Part shown: positions 36,577-51,863 of the stretch, one piece after another
Position numbering within the stretch: the first letter of the stretch is position 1
Layout of the letters: the number at the start of each line of letters is the position of its first letter
Source of the DNA: Lama guanicoe
Lineage: Eukaryota
Direction of reading: 5' to 3'
Length of the DNA stretch: 62,169 nt
NCBI GenBank assembly: GCA_013239625.1
Contig: MU054187.1
Span: forward strand, 19,749,929-19,812,097
Notes under the pieces: generated by a model
Told to the model about the DNA's origin: nothing
The model's input: only the letters and a program-made list of their open reading frames with translations
Database searches by the model: none
Position numbers and translations under genes: made by a program

Positions 36577-38405
36577 CTTTCAAAGGAAAAAAAAAATTAG
36601 CTGGGGTACAAATAAGTTAACAAAAGATAGCAGAAAGCAAAAGTTACTCTGAAGCAATAGTGTTTGAAGCAAGTTGGTTCTGCTGATAAAGGAAAATAAG
36701 CAAGACGGGTTATGTGTTTTCACACAAGTAACCAAATACAAATATTAAATCTATAGAAGAGACAAAGACGTTAGGTTATTCCTAAGATCTTATAAACATA
36801 AATAGAGAGTGTGAATTTATGTTACAAAGGCGCTATACAACATAAAACATAATTCAGAAAAATGGTACAGGAGACCAACCTAAGTGGGAAACAGACACAG
36901 TATTACTTTCATAGAAATATTAATTTGAACTAGTCTAAAAAAGTCATCATCTTGTTATGAAGAAACACAATTTCTACTTATACTCCATTTGTTTCTTCTT
37001 CAGGAGATAATTCTGAAATAACTAAAAAGTATTTACTATGAAACAAGTTAAAGATTTTTTCTTGCAATCATGTTTATTATGTTAATTTAAATATTTTCCC
37101 TAGAGAGTTCAAGAGAAAGAATTCTGACCATCCCATTTCTGAATTACTATAAATTTCGGAATAATGAATATGGTATTGTTATATTTATACTTTTCAATGA
37201 TCAGAAACAGGTTTAGAAGGTAGAAAACCGAACTTCCTTGTTACAAAATACTCCCTTTCTTATAAGGTAGTTTTGGACTGAGAGACAACTCTGTGTGTAC
37301 GTTAAAACACAAATGTGATGCATAAAGGATGATGATGACAGGGGATGGTCATAAAGAGATCAACAGGATTTTCAGTAAAATCTTTCCAAGGAGAAAAAAC
37401 AACATGAGTCAATATAGGAAAGTGTTAAGAAAGGAATTCAGAAGATCCCACAGATAGAAAAGAGGAAAGAAAATTTCTGGGCTATAAAGTCTTGATAACA
37501 CAGATAATAAAAAACACATTCAGGGAAACAGAAAAAACTCGAGTATTCACAATTATGAAATAATAGAGATGGAAGGGATATTAAAGAAGATCTAGTTGAA
37601 CTACCCACAGTGTGCTGTTTATTTCTTTTTTATGTTCAGCCAAGAATATATCTAAGTACTTTCAGAAATAGACAATATTTCATCTCTTAAAACAAACCAT
37701 CCTATGTTTGAATAATACTGAAAATTAGAGAATGATTTCTTCACTGAGCTGGAATTTTTTTCCCAGAAGCTTTTATTCATGAGTCTTAGTTCCACTTTTT
37801 GAGGTTACTCAAGGTAAGTCTAAATCCTCTTTCACATGATAGCCCTAAAATATGTCAAGAATGTTTTATTTACTCTAACCATATACCTCCAAGAAGCAAT
37901 ACTAGTACACCAACATTTCCTTTTCTTTTTTCATGTAACATAATTTATTGAGTACTTAAAGCCTAGATGGTCTACTGCATTCATGGAGCCAACATTTTCC
38001 CCCGGGTTAACTGAAATACGATTGACAATCAAAAACTGTATATACTTAAGGTATACAACTTGATTCGATATATTGTGTATATATTGTGCCATATGAATTG
38101 CAATCAAGCTAATCACCATATCTATTACCTCATATAGTTACTGTTTCTAACATTTTCGAGGCACATTGCACACCCCGGGCTTTCCCATATCTTATTTTAT
38201 TCAATTTCCACAACAATCATGTGAGGTCAGGATAGGCATTATATCTCCATTTTTACAAACGATAATAAAGTTCAGAGAGGTAAAATGACCCACCCAAGGT
38301 CATAAGTACAAGTGGCAGAGCTAGACCTTAACTCTGCCTTCTGAGTGTAAATATGTGCCTTTTGCTACTTTTAAATTCTTTTCTCTTATGTTTTGGTTCA
38401 CTTGG

Positions 38406-38514
38406 TTTTTAAATTTTTTTAAATTTTATTTTTTTAAATGGCAGTTTGGGGACTGAACCTAGGACCTCCTGCATGCTGAGCATGCACTCTACCACTGAGC
38501 TATACCCACACTCC
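38406..38514 (-). mobile_element. Short Vic-1-like SINE
   Basis: - strand GGGTATAGCTCAGTGGTAGAGTGCATGCTCAGCATGCAGGAGGTCCTAGGTTCAGTCCCC; 17-bp TSD with 2 mismatches (38389-38405, 38515-38531). Confidence 0.85.
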
Positions 38515-41454
38515 TGTTTTGATTCTCTTGGATTCTTTCCCCTTGCTGATCACATCTTTCTGACCACATTCAACTTCTCTGTATCTGCTTTGATCAAGGT
38601 CTCTAGAATACTGCAGTTGATCTCATAGTCCAAAAAAGAACAGGACCATTACACATCCTTTTGGTTTAGATATTGTACTTTCTATCTACTCACTATTTAT
38701 ATTGCAAAACCAACTAGGCAGGAATGAGTCACAGGAAACAATTTGATCGATCTTGGGGTTCAGAGGACAAAAGTTTGGATGAAACCCTGAGAGAACAACT
38801 CTTAAGATTGAAAAGGAAAAGTGCTAAGAAGCTTATAAAAGTGTTTTAAAATACTTTCAGTGTATGACAACCTCATGTGTGACATTATTTTCTCACAGAT
38901 TTATACCCAGATTTCCTCATTCTTTGGCAATATTTTTAAGTTCACAATTACTCTAATTATTGGAACGCTACTGCTGAGAAAGAAAGAGGGTAAAGAGATA
39001 TATGTATCTCTTTTTATACCTATCTAACTAAGAGAAAATCCCATAACCTGGAATTGAAAGGTAAGGGAAGAGTCTCTTTCTGTTCTCTTTTTTATGTAGA
39101 GTAACTTGTTCATGTTTGGGGGGAAACTCTATTTTAAAATTGTGATCAGTTGTTGGCTTGACTTGACTGAAGGTAAGGAGACCAAGATAGAATCCTTCAG
39201 TGTTGTTTTTATCAGAGCAAATCTGCCCTGTAACTTAAACTCTTCCTTTGAGTCTCTTGAAGAAGTTTCCTTTAAAAAGCATTTTACTGTAATTTTCAAA
39301 CTTCTTAAAAAACTATTTCATCCAGTGAATCTTCACCTTCTATTTCATTATTATACCCTCCTTTTCTTCGTTCATAGACATTCGTCTACATTTCACAATT
39401 TTTAAAAAGACTAGTAATTTAACAGCTAAATGTTAACACCTTACCTCAAAATTTATATCAACCCCTCTCCTAAAACTAATGTCTACATGTCATTAAAAGG
39501 TCAATAAAGAACTAAGTAAAAAAAGGTACTAAAAATACTAGATATGAATTCTGTCAAAACCAAATTAAGCACAAAAAGTCATCGCATGACACTGTTACTG
39601 AGGGATTTCAGACAGAGATGTTTTATCAGTTACTACTTCAGAATACTGGTAGTATTCTCTACCAATAAAAAGAAAATAACAAAAAATTGACATTAAAGAC
39701 AACCCCGAGGATAAGGACTCAGGGATCAAGGTTGGTGACAGTGAGGGTCACAGGGCAGATGGGTTGGTGGGTGTGAGGCTGAAGGGCTCACGTGTACCCT
39801 CCTGTGGTGGATGTGAAGGCCTGGCGCTGGGGCCTAGCTTACACCCTGATTACCTTTTGCCTGGTTACTTTTAGCCCACATGTGTCCCTATATTCAGTTT
39901 TTATCCCTTCTAATACAGAATATATCAAAAACAAACATTTTATGTCAAGCCATCTATGCCTCCTCTAGCAAGAGGGAACAAAGCCAGGGTCTTGGTGTTG
40001 GCATAAAGGACCCGCGTACATTCAAGTTTAACTGCTTTTCCCATTTGACACTTCAGAAGCGGTACGCCCTCCTCCTGTCTACCACGCTGTCTCACGCCTC
40101 CACGCCTCTGCTCATGTTCACTGCTATCATCCCGGCCCATCCTCACTGCCCTCGCCTGGCTAACTCACACTCTTTCTTCAAGACTCAGCTCATCTTTGTC
40201 TCCTCATGGAATTTTCTACGATAAAATCGCTTTCCACTACACTCTCCTAGGTTCAGTATTGTTACATGTGTTACCATACCACCATAAAGAGAGCCCTTTC
40301 ACAGGGCTTATTACACTGGATTATTTGTCTTGTCTGTTTACCTAGAAGTCTGCAGATGACAAGCTCCAGGACTGCACAGAATCAGAGTCAGCCACCACAA
40401 CACGGAATAAGCATTCAGTAAACAACGGCCTGATTTGTAAAAGGTACGCAATTAAAAAGTTAATGAAACTACCAAGAGCATCAGAACAAATGTCTATCCA
40501 CTCTTGCAGGTAAACAATATAGTACAACTCTCAAATTTAAGACGGATTTTAGTTTTCAATAGATATTCCTACTTCCACAAGAAAGGAAGCTGAGGCCAGC
40601 AACAAGGAAGACCAAACGCCTTAGGAGTTAAAAGAAGGTTAGAACCGGGCTGCTTCTGATAGTATGACTTCAAGGTTCATAAAGAAGCACAACAAAAAGA
40701 ATAGGACATGAGAAACTTAGAGCTGAAAGGGGGTTTTGGAGACCATTCAGCCCAATGGTCTGATTTTCTAATTGGAGACATTGATTAAAATCAGTTAAGT
40801 AATTACCTAAAATTATTTCACTAAGTCCAGAAAACTGAATTCTGCATAAGGTTTCTGAGACCCAATTTAATTAGGTAAGAGTTTATGGGTATATGTATAT
40901 AAAATATTTGGCTTTATTACATTTTAAAAAAACTATCCATAATTGAATGTCTACCAAACTGACATGTTGTGGTAAAAATCATCCAGCCAACCAACCTTAG
41001 CAATAATGTGTTCATTCTCATGAGCTGGCATTACATAAGATATTAGATTTATAACTAAGTCCTTTCATTTTATAAAAATGCTGAGGCTAACCCCTCTCCT
41101 ATGACATCGTCACATTTAAAAACAACTTAGGCGCATTAATAAAATTTCCTGTGAGAAGATGTGAAAGTGTATAAAAAACAGTTTGAGTATTCTTATTGAA
41201 AAACTATAGATTTATTGAATTTTACAACTAAAAGAGACATAAGGACATCTAATCCAACATATCCCGTGTAATAATTCCCTCTTTAATACCACTGATAGTT
41301 ATCTAGGCTAGTCTCTTCAAACACTTAAGGTAAACTTACTTTCTCAAAAGGCAGAACATTTTTATACATGACAGCTTGAATGGATAAGCAACTCTTTTTT
41401 ATCTGAGCTAACAGAGGCTTCCTCTGACTCTGTTATTCCTAGTTCTACATGTTA

Positions 41455-41598
41455 GTCTTGCTATTCAAAATGAGGTCCTTAGGCCAGTAGTATCAGCCCC
41501 TAGAAACCTGTTAGAAATGCAGATCTTCATTTCAGACCTTGCTAATTCAGGATCTGTATTTGAACAAGATGCACAATACAGTTGGAGAAGCACTGCTT
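41455..41598. mobile_element. MER5-type hAT-Charlie MITE
   Basis: tgttagaaatgcagat...tcagacct...atctgtatttgaacaagat...gagaagcactg. Confidence 0.65.
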
Positions 41599-44500
41599 TA
41601 AAGATAAATATCATTTGATTAATCCTTTTCCCCATAACAGTCTCTCAAATACATGAAGACGGTGATCATCTCTCTCGAAGAACTTTTTCTTTTCAAAGGG
41701 TAAATATTCTCATTTCTTTCAACTGTTTCCTCATGCAAGTATCTGAATTATTTGAATACTGTTTTTATTTATTTTTTAACCATAAACTGCTGTTAATTCA
41801 GATCCATCTGAACTGTCTTTTCTTTTAATAGATGAAGAATTTAAAACACTGAAATTTGGCACTGAAGTCCTTATAGATGAATGGTGATATCAGGAAACAC
41901 ATGATTTAACGCCTGTTATTTTAAGGAATTAAATAGACAGAGAAATTTGGTAAATCAGGATATATGCGTAGTAATCCTGAAAACAGAGAACAGTAAAATA
42001 CTTGCTGTGCTGATTAAATGATATAATTATTTCAAAGTAGCCCAAGCCAGAATAAAACAATAGCTGTATTTTAACTGTAACAGATTGCACAATATATCAT
42101 CTTCCCCCTCCACCCATCTTTACACATCCTTCGCCTTGACAAGCTGAGTTGTACTCTGTTCTGGGTCTAGGGCTGTGCCTACTTGCTTCTGCATTTGCAT
42201 ATAATATTCTCTCTTGTTTGGAAAGTCCTTCCTTACTTCTCTTTCTTGGTTCAAATATCATTAATTCTTTAAAATCAAGCTCAAATGTCACCCTCTTGGA
42301 AGCCACCTCTAATTCTCTCAGTCAAAAGTTCTCTCTCTCTTCCTCTTTTAAAAGAGATCTAGCTCTGTCCATTATAGTTTTGGGTGTGTCTTCCTCCTAT
42401 TCAGTTTTCTTGAATAAAGGGTTAGTTTCTAATGCACCTTTGTGTAGCTGTAATACTTCATATACAGTAAAACCTAAATAAATATTCATCAAACAAACAA
42501 AACCAATAATAAATCCTTTTATTATGAAAATACTAACATTTTAACCTGTTTTCTTACTTTGTATTCTCTAAATGCATCTGAAAGTAATATTCTCTTAAAA
42601 CACTTAAACCAACAATCCTTAATAACCCTTAGGTTCTCATTTCTTTCACTTCTGCTTTGTTACAGTTAGAGAAGCTGTAGTATTAAGTTCTGCCGGTTGT
42701 GTAACGGCATGCTGTTAGTCAACATGAAGGTTATGAAGAAACTGCGTTGTGAGGTGCTAAGGAATCAAAAAGGAAAGTGAAAGAACTGTATAAAGAATTA
42801 ACATTAAATCATTACTTGGCCATATAAAGACAGTAATTTTCTACACTGCCATTCCAACTATCAGGATGCTGACAAGTGTTCCAACAGGTAATGTAAACTA
42901 ACTGATATTTTAAGTAGTGATTCTTAAATATGTAGTTTCATGTTTTTATAAAGAAGTGTTGGGATTTTTATCTTTTCTCCTTTTCTCCCTTAGGAGACGT
43001 TCATAAATGGATGTTTGGCAACCTCAGATTTTCTAGATATTTACAAATTACTTGTTCTGACTTGTATTCACCCTCCTACTCATAACCTTAATCTAGCCTT
43101 CAGGGTTCTCAAATCCCACTTGCTACTTCCGGTATTGCCTGATTCATTGCAAACAGGACTGGTCTTTCCTTTCTCTAAATTCTTGCTACTTTCATTGTCT
43201 GTATCATACCAGGTAGCATTTTAAAAACTCCCTTATTTTGTTCAAACAGAAGCCTAATTTCTTCAAATGAATTTTAAGATAAGCCAGTATACCCTAAGCT
43301 TCTCTTATACCCTTTTTGGTATGACACAGGGCACACACTTAAGGTACAGATTAGTAACTCTTCCCTCCCTCAACTTACATTTTAAACAATAATTTATTAA
43401 GAAATGCTTAAATTGTGAAATAAAAAATGCTGCTCATCACCCACAAAAATGATAGTGAGTATCCTAGAATAAATAAGGCATAAACACTTCAGAGTTCCAT
43501 TTAAGTTATCTTACTGCATTTCTTAAATGTCTGATATGATATGACAAAAAGAAGTAGGCAAGTAAATGTGAGGAACATAGATGCTTTCGTGCAAGACATT
43601 TTAGAATCTTTAATAGAATGTCAAATGAAACTTTTCCCTAACTTATCTGACCAAGAAACCTTTCCTTCCCTGAAACACCTATTTATGAATTGAGCAAGAC
43701 CACTATCGCTGTTCTAAGGAATACAGCTTTAGAAATAAGATCTTGATTGTTTACCATACAGAGCTCTACTATCAATAATTAAAAAAAGATATATCTCAAC
43801 CAAGATACACTTTTACTTTAAAAAAAATCAAGAAGTCACAAGAGGAGTTTATCAACATGGTTCTTATTTAGTATTTCATTAGATCAAAAATTTATAGAAT
43901 AAATTTGATTTTAATTCATCATATTTTCATTCAGAGACACAAAGGTATAGCGAATAAAGAACAAGAGACTAAGAAAAAATGGCGGAAAAAGTGACGGTGG
44001 TTTTCTTATCTGTTTTCCATCCTTATGTGAAAAACTGCTAAAGACAGTTACAGACATAGTCTCCATACAACACGCTCTTGCTGCACTGCATATGCTAATT
44101 TTTTCAAAATGGTTCTAATTTATCTGATAATGTAACTTCCAAAATTAGATACCTAGATGATATTAAATCATACAGCAATTTTATTGTGTGTGTGTGTGTG
44201 TATATATATACATTCAGATACAAAAAACCCACACAGATCCATTCTCTCCCTTTTTAATGGTTTCCAGGATTTTCATTTTATCTTCCATATAAATTAACCT
44301 GACTTCATAGTTTATATATTTTTGCATTACTTTGGAGAAATACAAAATATCACCCTCAAAATTATATAGGGTCATATTAACCAAAAACCTACCTCTGTGT
44401 TTAAATTATTACTAACGTACTACAATCAAGTTTATAGCTAGGTGATATGAATATATGGCACACTGAATTTTCAACTTTGCTCAATTTTTGGAATTGTTAA

Positions 44501-44700
44501 TATAAATCAAACACCAAATGAAGGCCTTACTGAAAAAAAAGGCAGGAAAATTACAGTTAGTGCTTTATTAGAAGAGGATAAGTACTTATGCACCTACCCT
44601 ATATTTTTGTGGTTGAATAAATATGGTCCTAGATCTATTCTTTAGTTTAAACCAGTTATTGGAATGCATTTGTAACCTCTTATTTCAATTTGTTACATAC

Positions 44701-44849
44701 CAGTTAGCAATGTCCTTGTGAGCTACTAAGTTTTGAAGAAATGCTTGTAATCCTAATTGTCTATCTTCTAAAAAATCCGCATTGTAATTATCTTTAAACC
44801 AGCGTTTTGGTGGAAGTGCTAATCGAAAGCCTGGAAACATCTCTTTTAA
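44701..44849 (-). CDS. SNX16: SNX16 coding exon (PX domain)
   Basis: tttcag|TTA ... TG|gtatgt; 149 nt; [49 protein letters not shown](C). Confidence 0.96.
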
Positions 44850-45019
44850 CTGAAAAAGAAGAAAAAAGAAAAATGCAATGTTCAACTCAATTATACCAAT
44901 TCTACAAAACCTTTCCTGTTGACTATGTGAACCTATCCACAAAATAAGCTTACAATGAAAGAATTAAATTCAGCTAAGCTTTCTATGTCTTGTTTTACTT
45001 CTTGATTTTTACCAGCTGT

Positions 45020-46205
45020 GTTTGCATAGGAGTTACAGTTGTTCCACATCCTTGCTAACACTCGGCATTGTCCACCTTTTTAATGGCCCTTCTAGTGGGT
45101 GTAGTAGTGTTTCACTGTGGCTTAAATTTGCATTTATTCATTGACAAATGGTGTTAAATATTTTTTCATGAGCTTGGATCTGCGTATCTTCTTTGGTAAA
45201 TTATCTATTCAAATCTCCTGAATCTTCCTCTTAAAAAAAAATTTGGGTTATTTGTCTTTTTATTAAATTGCCAGAGTTCTTTATATATTCTAGATACAAG
45301 GCCTCTGTCAGGTATATGTATGACAATATATTCTCCTAGACTGTGGCCTGACTTTTCATTTTACAGTCTTAACAGAGAATTTTTAAAAAGTCTTAATGTT
45401 ATCTAATTCATCCTTTTGTTTTCCTTTTACGGGTTATGCTTTTTTTAGATACTATCTAAGAAATCTTTGCTCACTTCAAGGCTGCAAAAATTTTCTTCTA
45501 TATTTTTTCTGGATGTTTATCGTTTTAGCTTTTACATTTCGGTTTATGATCCACTTTGCATATTTGCTCAAATTTTACTTTCTTAGGGAAGACTTTTCCA
45601 CCTCCTAAGGTAGGTTAGATTTCCCCTTATATACTCTGATCAAGTGACTATAACCGGATAACAAGTTACCTCAAAACTCAGTGGAATAAAATAACCATTT
45701 ATGAGGCCATGGACTCTGCGGGCTGGTAATTCACACAGGGCACAGTGAAGATGGCTTGTCTCTGTTCCACAATGAATTAGAACCTCAGCTGGAAGACTTG
45801 AAGCTGGGAGCTGGCATCACCTGAAGTTCACTCCCACATATTCAGTGATGCTGCTGGTTGTCAGCTGAGACCTCAGCTGGGGCTGTTAGCCACAAGTCTA
45901 ACATGACCTCTCCATGTATCTTGGACTTTCTCACAACATAGAAGCTGGGTTTCAAAGGGAAGCATCCCAAGAAAGCAAGCTAGGATGAAGCTGTATACTC
46001 TTATGATTTAGCCTTGTCACACAGCACCTATTAGAGGACAGTTCCACTGTCCTCTGTTGTTTAGAGTAGTAACAAGCTCACCCAGGTTCAAGAGGGAGGG
46101 GAACAGATTCTACGTCTTGCTGGTTAGTGGCAAGATTCTGGAGGAAGAGCATATAGGACTGAGAATATCACTGCAGACACTTTTATAAAAGACAATTTGC
46201 CACAC
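45020..46205 (-). mobile_element. L1 ORF2 fragment (~45020-45560) followed by an MLT1-type LTR (~45640-46205)
   Basis: gttccacatccttgctaacact, ttctttatatattctagatacaag; cctcaaaactcagtgg...ctctccatgt motifs. Confidence 0.6.
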
Positions 46206-47199
46206 ATTCTCGTATCATTATTTTTTAAATGACATTTATCATGATGTAAATAATGCTTATTTAATTTTGGACTCTCCTACCAAACCAATCATTCTCAACC
46301 TTGGCTGCACACTAGAATCACCCAAGGAACTCTCACACAGTATAAAGACTTGTGAGGGCTCAATTGGAGAACAACTCTCTCTTTTCTGAGGATGATTAAT
46401 CATGACCTTATATTAATGACTGTGTCCTACCTCTGACATATCTGGATTTAATTAGTTGGGGTATGGACTGGCATTGTAATTTTAAAAAGCTTTCCAGAGA
46501 AGTCCAAAGTACAGCTCAGGTCGAGCACCATTTTACTACACTGCAATGATTACGTCTTAATTATAGTTGCAATCAATGTCTAGCATAATGCCTGCTACAT
46601 TACCAACAGTCCACAATCTATGTCCAATAAATGGATGAATGAAACGAAATCATGTACATCCACATTTCTATACTTAAATATAAGACAACGTTTCACAAGG
46701 TAAGAAAAAAGACTAGCAAAAGATGAAATGTTAAGTAAAGACATAAACTATAACATTCTGTCTATATTTCTAAACTGAAAACTCTGATTTCAAGACATAG
46801 CTAGGTATTTTCGGCCTTGGGAGTCTTTTGTTGTTTACTATGCTTGCAATGAAAATAATAAAAGCCAGGAGAAGGAAATAAAAAGTTCTTTTTAAATTAA
46901 TTTTAACCTTTAAAATTTAAATGTTACCTATGTTCACAAGCATGGTCAGAGAGGGAGTTGTTCCACAACTGAGCTCTTACAAAGTCTTTCTATTATGGGC
47001 ACTTAACTCAGTAATTTTACTTTGAGCAAAGTACAACCTGGGGACTATACATTAGCTTAAAATAACTTTAATAAATGCTGGGTTTTATGTTTCACTAAAT
47101 GAAACAATAGATTTTCTGGGAAAATGACATAAGAGGCATTTGATGTTTCTTTAAACAAGACTTTAAAAAAAGTAATGCACATGTTTTTGGGATTAAGAT

Positions 47200-48550
47200 A
47201 GAGAACTGAGCCCACTCATCTAATTCTGTCTTCTGCAGCCCCACTAAAACTACAGTGAACAGAAACAAAAATAACAATGACAAAAAAAACCATACTGGAA
47301 ACTAAAACCTGGAGAGGAGAGTGGTAACTGACTCAGGAGAGCCAAGAAAACCTGAAATGTATGAAAATCTGCACCAAGTTGATACTTACAGAGACCTCGA
47401 ATTGCTCATGAACTGGCAGCACAAGGCAGGAGATTGGAAAATATTTCTCTGGAGAGTTTGATCAACCCAAGAGGAATGACCTACAGATCCTGACATCAGA
47501 AGTTCTCTAACAACCCTCCCCATTCTACAGCGAATCTTCAAGTAAGCCTCATTTGTGGAGTAAGAGATTCCAATCAGCTTTTAGTACCCAACTTTTAATC
47601 ATGACCAGACAACCAAGAATTACTACACACTATTACTCAACATGGAAGACAAAGATAAACAGATAACGGTAACTCACAGAACACAGCCAACACTAGGAGA
47701 AAAAAAACCATAAAAGAATAAAAAATCATATAAAAAACTGCTAATACATTCAGTGAATTAAGATACTATATTCAAGAAATAAAAATAAGATGACAAAAAA
47801 AGAGACATTCAGAGGATAAAAAGCTGCTCTTAGAAAGAAATAAGGGAGTCTCCAGCAAAACAGCAAAGAAGAAAAAGAGAGGGGAAAAAAAAAAAGAGGA
47901 CGAAAAGATAAGGAACCAGCCCAAAGGTCTATTTTACAAGAGAGGTTACAGAAAAAGAAAACTGAGAATACAGAAAGGAGGAATTCATTAATAACGTAAT
48001 TCAAAAACACTTCTCTGATCTGAAGTTGCTGACACGATGTTCAAGATAATGAAAGAAAAGAAACCTACAAAATGGCATTGTGAAATGTCAGATTACTTAT
48101 ACAGAGAACATGCAACAGACTTCCAAAGAAGGAAAAAATAGGCGATGAATGATCAAGAGAAAGAACAGCTCTGGACTTCCCAACAGCAACACGTGACACT
48201 AAAAGCAAGATGACAATAGCTTAATGTCTTGAAAACTTTGAAGAAAGGTATTTCCAATCTAGAATTCTATATTGAGCCCGAATTTCAATCAAATATGAAG
48301 ACAGAATGAGAATATTTTTAGACATGTGGGGTCCGAAAGAGATTGCCTCCCATAATTTTCCTCAAGAAGCTACTAGGGGAGGAGTTCTACTAAAAGGAAA
48401 GAGTAACTCAAGTAAGAAGATGTGAGATAAAGGACACAAGACCCACCAAAGGAGAAAAGTGAAAAAAAAATCCCCAGAAAGACAGTGAGAAGCAATCTTA
48501 GGATGCTACTTATGAACTACATGCTGTCAGTCAGTTCGGGACAGTTCAGG
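47200..48550 (+). mobile_element. Ancient L1 ORF1-region remnant
   Basis: gacttcccaacagcaacac...tttccaatctagaattctata motifs. Confidence 0.55.
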
Positions 48551-50814
48551 ACAGTGTGACCCAAAAGACAGACTTATTGAGGATCACCACTGAATTTCTC
48601 TGTAATGGGAAGATTAGCCTAGATTTTCATATGAACTGGGCTTGTCTTGACAGTGATCTGGTTATGGGTCTGCTCCTACTCTATGTTCTTCCACCTGTAA
48701 TCAACTGAGAATAATCGTTTTACCTCACAGAAATATTCAGCTTTGACCTACTTCTGTGACCTGGAAGTAGAAAATAGTGAGCTTTTAAGCAGAATAGATA
48801 GAAAACCCCATTTCTCATGGCCATATTTCTGCAAACCATTCATCACCAGTCTGCCTTACAAGCCTGCCAGATGCCTCAACCCTGAAAAGCCTTATATATT
48901 CCAGATTTGCTATGACTTTGCCCTCTGACTTTCTCGGAAGAAGCTCTTAAAAACTCTTAGAGAAGCTGAAGCCAGATTACAACCCAGGAGATTAAAAAAA
49001 AAGAGGAAGAAAAAAAAAGATTAGTGTTCTATAGAAAATTTTCTGTTTCTAACCAGTGTTATGTTAAATAATTTTCATTTTGTCAATTGACTATTTTTTC
49101 CTCACTACTAGAGACAAGAGGGAAATGTAAGCTCTTCAACGTTAGAATCAGATCTATGCAGTTTCTATACAATACCAAATTCCCAGTGCTGAACTCAAAC
49201 TACTCATTTCGTAAATACTTCAAGGTTGGTTTCAGAAAATGAAAGATCCTAAGATTTTACTTTATTTTTAACAATTATAAAAATAATAACTACCATTTAA
49301 ACTCTGTGGCTGCTGGTGTTTTACACACATTTTTGATTCTTGCCAGTAAAAGCAGGGGTTTGCTGCTGTGATGGGTAGAGCTCTTTCTGGTACCTAGAAG
49401 ACTGACACAGACACTTATTAATTTTAAGTGCCCAACTTGGAGTATCAAAGAGATAGTTACCAGATTTAAATTAAACTCCTACTAACATCTTTCTTCAAAA
49501 GCTTAAGAGCTATCTAAATCTCAGCTTACCTAAGATAAGAAACATTTTAGCAATCAAGATGAATCTAGAGAGATAAAGGGAAGTCAACACTAAATAACAG
49601 TTGAGTCCTGAAAAGAAAAATAAGAAGTCATAAGGGATTAAATAGCTCTAAATCGAAACTGCTAGAGATTAGTCTGAATGAACAAAAATTACAACAATTT
49701 TCATAAAAAAGCTAACAATTCCCACTTAAGTATCTGGTAACTTCATGAATTACTTTAATCTTCTTGTTTAATGTTTAAAAAAATGAAGAGATGTAAAGAA
49801 TCACAGGTTTTTAGTCATCAGTTTAAAATAAGAACTCAGGAACAGTAAACAAAATTTATAAATATTGGTAGAAATACATTAGAAATGATACTTTAAGTAT
49901 TTTGGAACTGTAAAATGTCATCTTAACAATACATTAATTAAGGACAAAATAGTTTAGCATCTTACTTTTTACCTTTTCATTCAAACTGAGGTTTTCAGAA
50001 TGGCAGGAATTTTTGGCAGACAGGCAGTTGCAAAGTCACATAATGAGGTTTCCCACCACCAAACATTTTAAGACTATATCAACTTGAGAAGTTCTGGTAA
50101 GTTCCAGAAGAAGAAGGGGGAAAGGTGGCGAATGGGAGAGGATGGGACCAGTAGAGTTTCCTCTACCAAACATCTGTCACAATTAGGGAGCAATTGCTGG
50201 TTCAAGGTCATGTTACTTGGCCTCTTAGAAGCATCACAAACCACCTGCTTCTTTTGGAGAAATGGTCTTTCTCTTGGCTTCTTAAATACCTACTGCCTCA
50301 CCTGATTTCCCTCCAGCTCCGTGAACACCTCAGTTGCTGTTTTATTCTTACTGCAATTTACTAAGTCAATTCCCTATTGTTGGAAATTTAGCTTAGTTCT
50401 CATTTTTAACTATTAAAAACAAAATGTGGATGAAAACAGTAAGTAAAATGCCATGTTAAGTATCCTTAGGGCTAAATCTTGCCCATATCCATAATTTCTT
50501 ATATAGGAGAAATCCCAGAAATGTGATTATTGTGTCAAAATTATGCACAGCTTTAGAGTGTCCTCCAGGAAGACTGATTTTCCAACAATGGATTATACCA
50601 TTTAAAGCCTATCAAAGTGGTTTCTTAATTTTCTTTTCCTGGCATATTTGTCATATTAAATGTTCTCCAAATTTATTGGTCGTTTGTATTTCTTCTGTGG
50701 ATTACCTTGCTCATATCATTTACTAAATTTTCTACTTTCCGGTTTACTTTTTTTGTTGGTTGTTTTTAAGGGTTCTAAATGTATTGAGGTTTATTATTAT
50801 CCTTTCTGTTTCAC

Positions 50815-51412
50815 ATGTGCAGTGGGCAGAATCTAGATGGCCCCATGACCTTTGCCCATGGTGCTGCCTTGTGACTTTTGTCATGTTACACAGCAAAAGG
50901 GATTCTGTAAGATGCAATCAGAGTTACTGCTCAGTTGACCTTAAGATAGGAAGATTATCTAGGGGAGCCTAATCTTATCATATGAGCCCCACAAAGGTAG
51001 AGCTTTCTTCATGGCTGGTGACAGAAGAGAAAGTCAAAGCACAGGCGATATTCAAAGCACAAGAAGGACTTGACCTGCTGTTGCTGACTTTGAAGACGGA
51101 AGGGTCCTGTGCAAGGGCAGGAGAGTGTTCTCCATGAGCTAAGAACAACTTCTGGCTGAGGACCAGCAAGGAAACAGGGACCTTGGTCTCACAACCACAA
51201 GAAACCAAACTCTGCCAACAACCTGAATGATACTGGAAGCTGATTTTTTCCCAGAGCCTCCAAATTAAGAGGCCAGCCAAGACAATACTTTGATTTTGAC
51301 CTTGTTTGATCCTAAGCAGCAAACTCGGCCAAGCAGTCCAAATCTAGAGATAATGAACAGGTGTGTTTTAAGCCACAAAGCCTGTAATAATTTGCGATAG
51401 AAAACTAACACA
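50815..51412 (+). mobile_element. MaLR LTR (MLT1D/E-like) inserted in an old L1
   Basis: ggcagaatctagatggcccc...ggcaaaagggat-like...tttaagccacaaag...gaaaactaacaca. Confidence 0.7.
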
Positions 51413-51776
51413 ATATGCTAATTTTTTCTTGTTCTTTCTTTGTAGGCATATGATTTAGGAGGTCGTATTATACATAAATATCTTTTCAAACTCACAGATT
51501 ATAGAAAAATCACTTATTTATATTTCTGCTAGCAATTTCAAGGTTTTCAAACTTTTATACTAAACGTGCTTGTTTGTTTCTAAAAAAAAAGGAAGTTACG
51601 TACAGAGATGAGACTTTGGCCTATTAAAATTAATTTTCTTAGGAAATTGCAAAGATTTGACTTCACTCAAATAATTGTAACAAGGGAGAAAAAATACAAC
51701 TATAACAGCATAACTGTCAAGAATGGATAATAATTCAAAATTGAAAAGTCAGTTTTACATTTATTAAAGTACTTAC

Positions 51777-51863
51777 TTTGTCATTAAGCCTAGAGAAGTC
51801 AGTGTATCTTCTAAAAACTACCCAGCTTTCTTCTGGGGTCTTCTTTACTAGTATTTTATATAC
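51777..51863 (-). CDS. SNX16: SNX16 coding exon (PX domain)
   Basis: catag|GTA ... AAA|gtaagt; 87 nt; [29 protein letters not shown] contains the PX RRY motif; not in the ORF track. Confidence 0.96.
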
